Assembly (NCBI GenBank): GCA_965662175.1
Contig: CBFIGT010000026.1
Span: forward strand, 1 to 23,785
Direction of reading: 5' to 3'
Length of the DNA stretch: 23,785 bases
Source: Arcobacter sp.
GTDB lineage: Bacteria; Campylobacterota; Campylobacteria; Campylobacterales; Arcobacteraceae
Shown: positions 20,128 through 23,785 of the stretch, one piece after another
How positions within the stretch are numbered: position 1 is the first letter of the stretch
How the letters are laid out: every line of letters starts with the position of its first letter
Translations under genes and position numbers: made by a program
The notes under the pieces: model-generated
What the model saw: the letters and a program-made list of their open reading frames with translations, nothing else
Told to the model about the DNA's origin: nothing
Databases searched by the model: none

Positions 20128-20859
20128 TTATTTTACACTTTTTGATGTTAATTTTAAGAGGGTAATTTCATTATTTGCTTTATATCTATAATTTATCCCC
20201 CAATATCCCAAACCTCTATTTACATAAATTGCTGTATTTTTTAGGTAGTGTAATCCATCTAAAAATGGTTGGAAAACTTTTACTATATAGTGAAATGGAA
20301 ATATTTGACCTCCATGTGTGTGACCACATAAAAAAAGCTTTGCATTGGCACTTAGGGCGAACTTATAATCTTTTGGTTGGTGTGCTAAAAAAATACTGTC
20401 TTCATACTTTTTTAAAAATTCAACAACTTTTTTCTCTTCTCTTTTCTCTTTGAAGAATTTAGAAAATCTATCACTTAATCCTGCTATTGCTATTTGTTTG
20501 TTATTAAATTCAATAAATGTAGTTTTATTATCTAAACACTCTATTTTATTTAAACAAAGTTTTAATTTATCAAGACCATAAAAAAGGTCATGATTTCCAC
20601 TTATATAAAATGTTTTTTTATTTATACTATTTAAAGTATCAACTTTTTCATAAATAAACTTCATATTACAATCAATAATATCACCTGTAATAACAACAAT
20701 ATTAGCAACACTATTATTACAAATATTTACAAGCTCTTTTAGGGTTTGGATTTTAGTTTTTTTATTGATGTGTAAATCACTTAAATGAAGTATTTTAAGA
20801 TTAGTTAAATTTGAGGATTTAACAAAAATCTCAACTTCATTTAGTGATGGTAGTTTCAT
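20128..20859 (-). CDS. Calcineurin-like metallophosphoesterase (YkuE/YaeI type)
   Basis: LSDLH, TGDIID, SGNHD, AHQP, GHTHGGQ, YVNRGLG motifs. Confidence 0.92.
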   Translation of the reverse strand: MKLPSLNEVEIFVKSSNLTNLKILHLSDLHINKKTKIQTLKELVNICNNSVANIVVITGDIIDCNMKFIYEKVDTLNSINKKTFYISGNHDLFYGLDKLKLCLNKIECLDNKTTFIEFNNKQIAIAGLSDRFSKFFKEKREEKKVVEFLKKYEDSIFLAHQPKDYKFALSANAKLFLCGHTHGGQIFPFHYIVKVFQPFLDGLHYLKNTAIYVNRGLGYWGINYRYKANNEITLLKLTSKSVK

Positions 20860-20860
20860 A

Positions 20861-21313
20861 CTATTTAAAAATCGTTCCTAAATCATCTTTTGTTACATAA
20901 GAGATTGATCTAATAACACCATTTTCAAGTTTGTAAAGTGTTAGTTTCTCTTCTTGGCTTACAAATCTTTTATCCTCTTCATCATAGATTAGTAAAACAC
21001 TATAGTTATATTTTTTCATTTTTGGTAATGCAAACAATTTTGTAATAATTGATGGCATTCCTGAAATATCTGCTATAAACACTGCATTGTTCGCTCTTAA
21101 GAAGTTTTTATCTTTTTCTTTTAAAAACTCATTAACATCAGCACTTGTATCTTTTTCAAAAGATACTAAAATTGTTTGGATATTACTATCAACTGTTTGT
21201 TTTTCATCAAATTGATTTACTAGTGAAAAACTTCCTATGTTTTGGTTTACTTCAAAACTATTTGCATTTAAAAATAGTGCGAATAGTGTTAAAAGTAGAA
21301 ACTTCTTAATCAT
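20861..21313 (-). CDS. Secreted protein, probable Cys-less thioredoxin-like fold
   Basis: Signal peptide, FSLVNQF, IADISGMP pattern; no CxxC. The fold is an inference. Confidence 0.6.
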   Translation of the reverse strand: MIKKFLLLTLFALFLNANSFEVNQNIGSFSLVNQFDEKQTVDSNIQTILVSFEKDTSADVNEFLKEKDKNFLRANNAVFIADISGMPSIITKLFALPKMKKYNYSVLLIYDEEDKRFVSQEEKLTLYKLENGVIRSISYVTKDDLGTIFK

Positions 21314-21841
21314 CTATATTCCTTCGTTAAAATTAAAATTGTAGTTAATATCTACTTGGTCTCTTACGCTTAAAAAAAACATTGTAGGTGGATCTAATCC
21401 AAAATCACTTAGATTTATGGAAAAATCACCATCCATTTTTACAATATTTTCTGCGTGGCTAATTGTAGCCATTGAAGATATATTTTTTCTTATGTGATTC
21501 ATTTTTAGAATCCCATTAATCTTATATTTATCTTCAACTTTTTCTATTGATGTAATATAAAAAGAGATAATAGGAGCTGCGCTTACTTTTAAAACCTCAT
21601 ACATATGTTTATCTCTATCCTTATTATCACTAACTAATGACATAGAGTTTATGGAAAACTCACCATTTATAGACTCAATTGAGTCATCTTTTTTTATTTT
21701 TGCTTTTATATGTGTTGTTTCGGGGTTAATTGTACTATCTCCAAAAACTTCCGTATGGGCTTTAATTTTCCCATCAACTAACTGTAACTCCCCTGCATTT
21801 GCAATAAATACAAATAATAAAACTAATACTAATTTAAACAC
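21314..21841 (-). CDS. YceI-family periplasmic lipid/polyisoprenoid-binding protein
   Basis: SDNKDRDKHM, INGILKM, SINLSDFGLDPP, VRDQV. Start reassigned to GTG 21841 (AAGGAG RBS), followed by a signal peptide. Confidence 0.88.
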   Translation of the reverse strand: MFKLVLVLLFVFIANAGELQLVDGKIKAHTEVFGDSTINPETTHIKAKIKKDDSIESINGEFSINSMSLVSDNKDRDKHMYEVLKVSAAPIISFYITSIEKVEDKYKINGILKMNHIRKNISSMATISHAENIVKMDGDFSINLSDFGLDPPTMFFLSVRDQVDINYNFNFNEGI

Positions 21842-22815
21842 TCTTTCTCCTTTTGTTGCTTTGATTGAATTTCTGATGATGTGATTAATATTTTTATTAA
21901 TGAAAGTAAAAATATAATTGGTACAAATAGTGTTAGATTCTCTAATGCTACAAAAAGTCCAGCTCCAGATGCTATCCAACCTATAAATACCATATAAAAA
22001 GCAAGGTTTTTTAAATCTCTTTTTAAAAGTGATTGTAAAATAGTCACATTGTAAAAAGAGATTACAAATGGATATACTATTGATAAAAGCATTGCTTCTT
22101 GTAAAAAATAAAATAGATATGAAAGGGCAAAAAGTATTACAATAAATAGCTCTTTCTCTAACTTTTGAATATTGAATCTAAGGGCTGCAAGTACTCCAAT
22201 AATATGAAAGGCTACTATTTCAAAACTATATCCACCTCTCCAAATTGGTACATTTATGTCTCTTGAAAGTGTTTCAAATAAAGCTGAATCTAAAAATATC
22301 CATAAAACCATAATAAAAAGTGAGTAAGACTCATAGTTTTTATTTGATTTTAGCTCTTTTAGTTTTGGTAATTGTGTTGAACAAAGAAGTACAATAATAG
22401 TAAAGCCAACTGCGATTAACTCTCTTTTTGCAGCATCATAATTAAACAGCATTGTTCCAACACTATAAGAGATACAAAGGGCAAAACCAAGCTCCACAAT
22501 ACTTGCTTTTTTTAACTCATTAATCATCAATGGTGCCAATGCTCCAACACTAATTCCTAATAAAAACAGTAGGGGTGTTGAGAAGTTTGGATAAAAAAAT
22601 GTAAGAGTTAATTGCATTAATAAAAATATTGTAATCTTTTTTTGTGTTGATACTTTTAAATAATAAGATAAAAGTGAACCAATCACTCCACCTATTGGTA
22701 ATGGTGCTATTAGTAAAATATTTGATGAAAAATATTCAACAATACCCGTTTGTGCTATAAGTAAATAATAGCAAAGTTCAAATGCTATAAATAAGCTTAG
22801 TGCTATTTTTGGCAT
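21829..22815 (-). CDS. Polytopic membrane protein, possibly a compact MFS-like transporter
   Basis: 328 aa from ATG 22815 (AAGGAG RBS); roughly 11-12 hydrophobic segments in two halves separated by a polar loop (PKLKELKSNKNYES). Family not certain. Confidence 0.65.
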   Translation of the reverse strand: MPKIALSLFIAFELCYYLLIAQTGIVEYFSSNILLIAPLPIGGVIGSLLSYYLKVSTQKKITIFLLMQLTLTFFYPNFSTPLLFLLGISVGALAPLMINELKKASIVELGFALCISYSVGTMLFNYDAAKRELIAVGFTIIVLLCSTQLPKLKELKSNKNYESYSLFIMVLWIFLDSALFETLSRDINVPIWRGGYSFEIVAFHIIGVLAALRFNIQKLEKELFIVILFALSYLFYFLQEAMLLSIVYPFVISFYNVTILQSLLKRDLKNLAFYMVFIGWIASGAGLFVALENLTLFVPIIFLLSLIKILITSSEIQSKQQKEKECLN

Positions 22816-23785
22816 AAGTTCTCCTTTGTGTAAGTAGTTATGTAAAAAAATAGTAAAAAAATGCAAGCATAAGCAATATCAAAAAATGAAATACCAAGAG
22901 CTTCTATTCCAAGAGTTTTATTATAAAAAAGTGCAAAAAAGATTGAACTTATCAGCACTCTTGTTATAACAGTGATTTTTGTCAAAATTAATTCATGCTC
23001 TTTTTGTGTTAGTGCAAAATAGTGAATAATTCCTGTTGTACTAACAAATCCAAAAACAACATATTCATAAGCCCCCCAAAAGTTAAAACCTAAAAGAGGA
23101 TATGAAAAACTAGCAAGTAAGATTAAAAATACTCCCCCAAAACCATCCGCTAATACTCCAAAAAGATTGTATTTTTGTAAAGAAGTAAGTTTTAGTTTTA
23201 AAGAGATAAAAGAGAAAAGTGATAAAAAGGTAATAAGACCAAATAGTGTTCTAAAAACCCAAAGAGTTTGAATATCACCTTTTATAACATTTGCTTGAAT
23301 AAAGCCAGAAATTGATAGGGCAAAAAATATTCCCAAAAGTCCAGCTAAATACATATAATAAAAAGAGATTTTTCTAAGCTCTTTTATATATGAAACAAAC
23401 ATAGCAATTACCATAAAAAAGACTCCAATTCCCATGGCAACATGAGCGTGGGCTACTATTAAATCATTTCTATGAAATAGCCATCTAAACTCAGGAATAA
23501 AAAGAATATTTCCTTCAACATCTACAAATAGAAAAGCTAATATTGAGATAAGTAAGGCTTTTTTAGCAAAGTTTTCAATTTGTGAGTCTTTATACCATCT
23601 ATATAAAAGTGGAAGATAAAGAAGTGTTAGCCATTGACAAAACCACTCTTGCTCATAACTTAAGTGAGCTATAAAACTTCTATGAAATACAGAAGCAAAA
23701 TATACAAGTGTTGGAATAATCCATAAAATATTCCATCTTGCTTTAAACTCACCTATATTTAAAAGTTTGATAATCAAATAATAAA
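22803..23785 (-). CDS. Divergent heme-copper oxidase subunit I (CcoN-like) membrane protein, 5' end outside the window
   Basis: Frame is open to the window edge (..YYLIIK). SILAF..VDVEG....FHRNDLIVAHAHVAMG matches the CcoN segment carrying the HxH heme ligands; extra C-terminal TM segments follow. Confidence 0.72.
   Translation of the reverse strand, partial: YYLIIKLLNIGEFKARWNILWIIPTLVYFASVFHRSFIAHLSYEQEWFCQWLTLLYLPLLYRWYKDSQIENFAKKALLISILAFLFVDVEGNILFIPEFRWLFHRNDLIVAHAHVAMGIGVFFMVIAMFVSYIKELRKISFYYMYLAGLLGIFFALSISGFIQANVIKGDIQTLWVFRTLFGLITFLSLFSFISLKLKLTSLQKYNLFGVLADGFGGVFLILLASFSYPLLGFNFWGAYEYVVFGFVSTTGIIHYFALTQKEHELILTKITVITRVLISSIFFALFYNKTLGIEALGISFFDIAYACIFLLFFYITTYTKENLCQK

Noticed and set aside
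4300..21884. Short antisense or alternate-frame ORFs (4300-4482, 8614-8826, 8958-9155, 9758-10078, 10692-10880, 13397-13639, 15044-15241, 15377-15628, 17825-18121, 19588-19770, 20175-20453, 21651-21884)
   Set aside because: All lie essentially within well-supported genes, lack recognisable motifs, and look like shadow ORFs.
6214..22866. ORF-track start codons for purN (6214), dgkA (14213), YceI (21979) and the MFS-like gene (22866)
   Set aside because: Downstream starts at 6253, 14165, 21841 and 22815 have clear RBSs, give family-typical N-termini and avoid long overlaps.

Overview
Very AT-rich chromosomal window, most likely from an Arcobacter-type member of Campylobacterota (inferred from the ruvC-dnaA-dnaN-gyrB order, TTCAC-core DnaA boxes and protein style). 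It contains the replication origin. Left part: a partial AAA_14 ATPase, gyrB, dnaN and dnaA, with a bipartite oriC (DnaA-trios plus boxes between dnaA and dnaN; a box cluster between dnaA and ruvC). Next come ruvC, purN and a kinase-less CheY-CheC-PAS/GGDEF module. The right 15 kb is entirely minus-strand and accessory in character. It holds a TRIC-family gene; an SHP/DUF1924-DHC-cytochrome b(+DHC, split by a single-base frameshift)-Spy/CpxP-RR-HK operon with a tandem direct repeat at its -35; and an eptA-PAP2-dgkA lipid A modification cluster with a triple 11-bp-periodic repeat in its promoter. It ends with a tightly coupled operon of at least 8 genes: a divergent CcoN-like heme-copper oxidase paralogue with an apparent His-to-Arg change at a CuB ligand, an MFS-like protein, YceI, a secreted thioredoxin-like protein, a metallophosphoesterase, RR, HK and an HD-GYP phosphodiesterase. 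That last operon is the best candidate for an undescribed system. All calls come from motifs read by eye; no searches were run.
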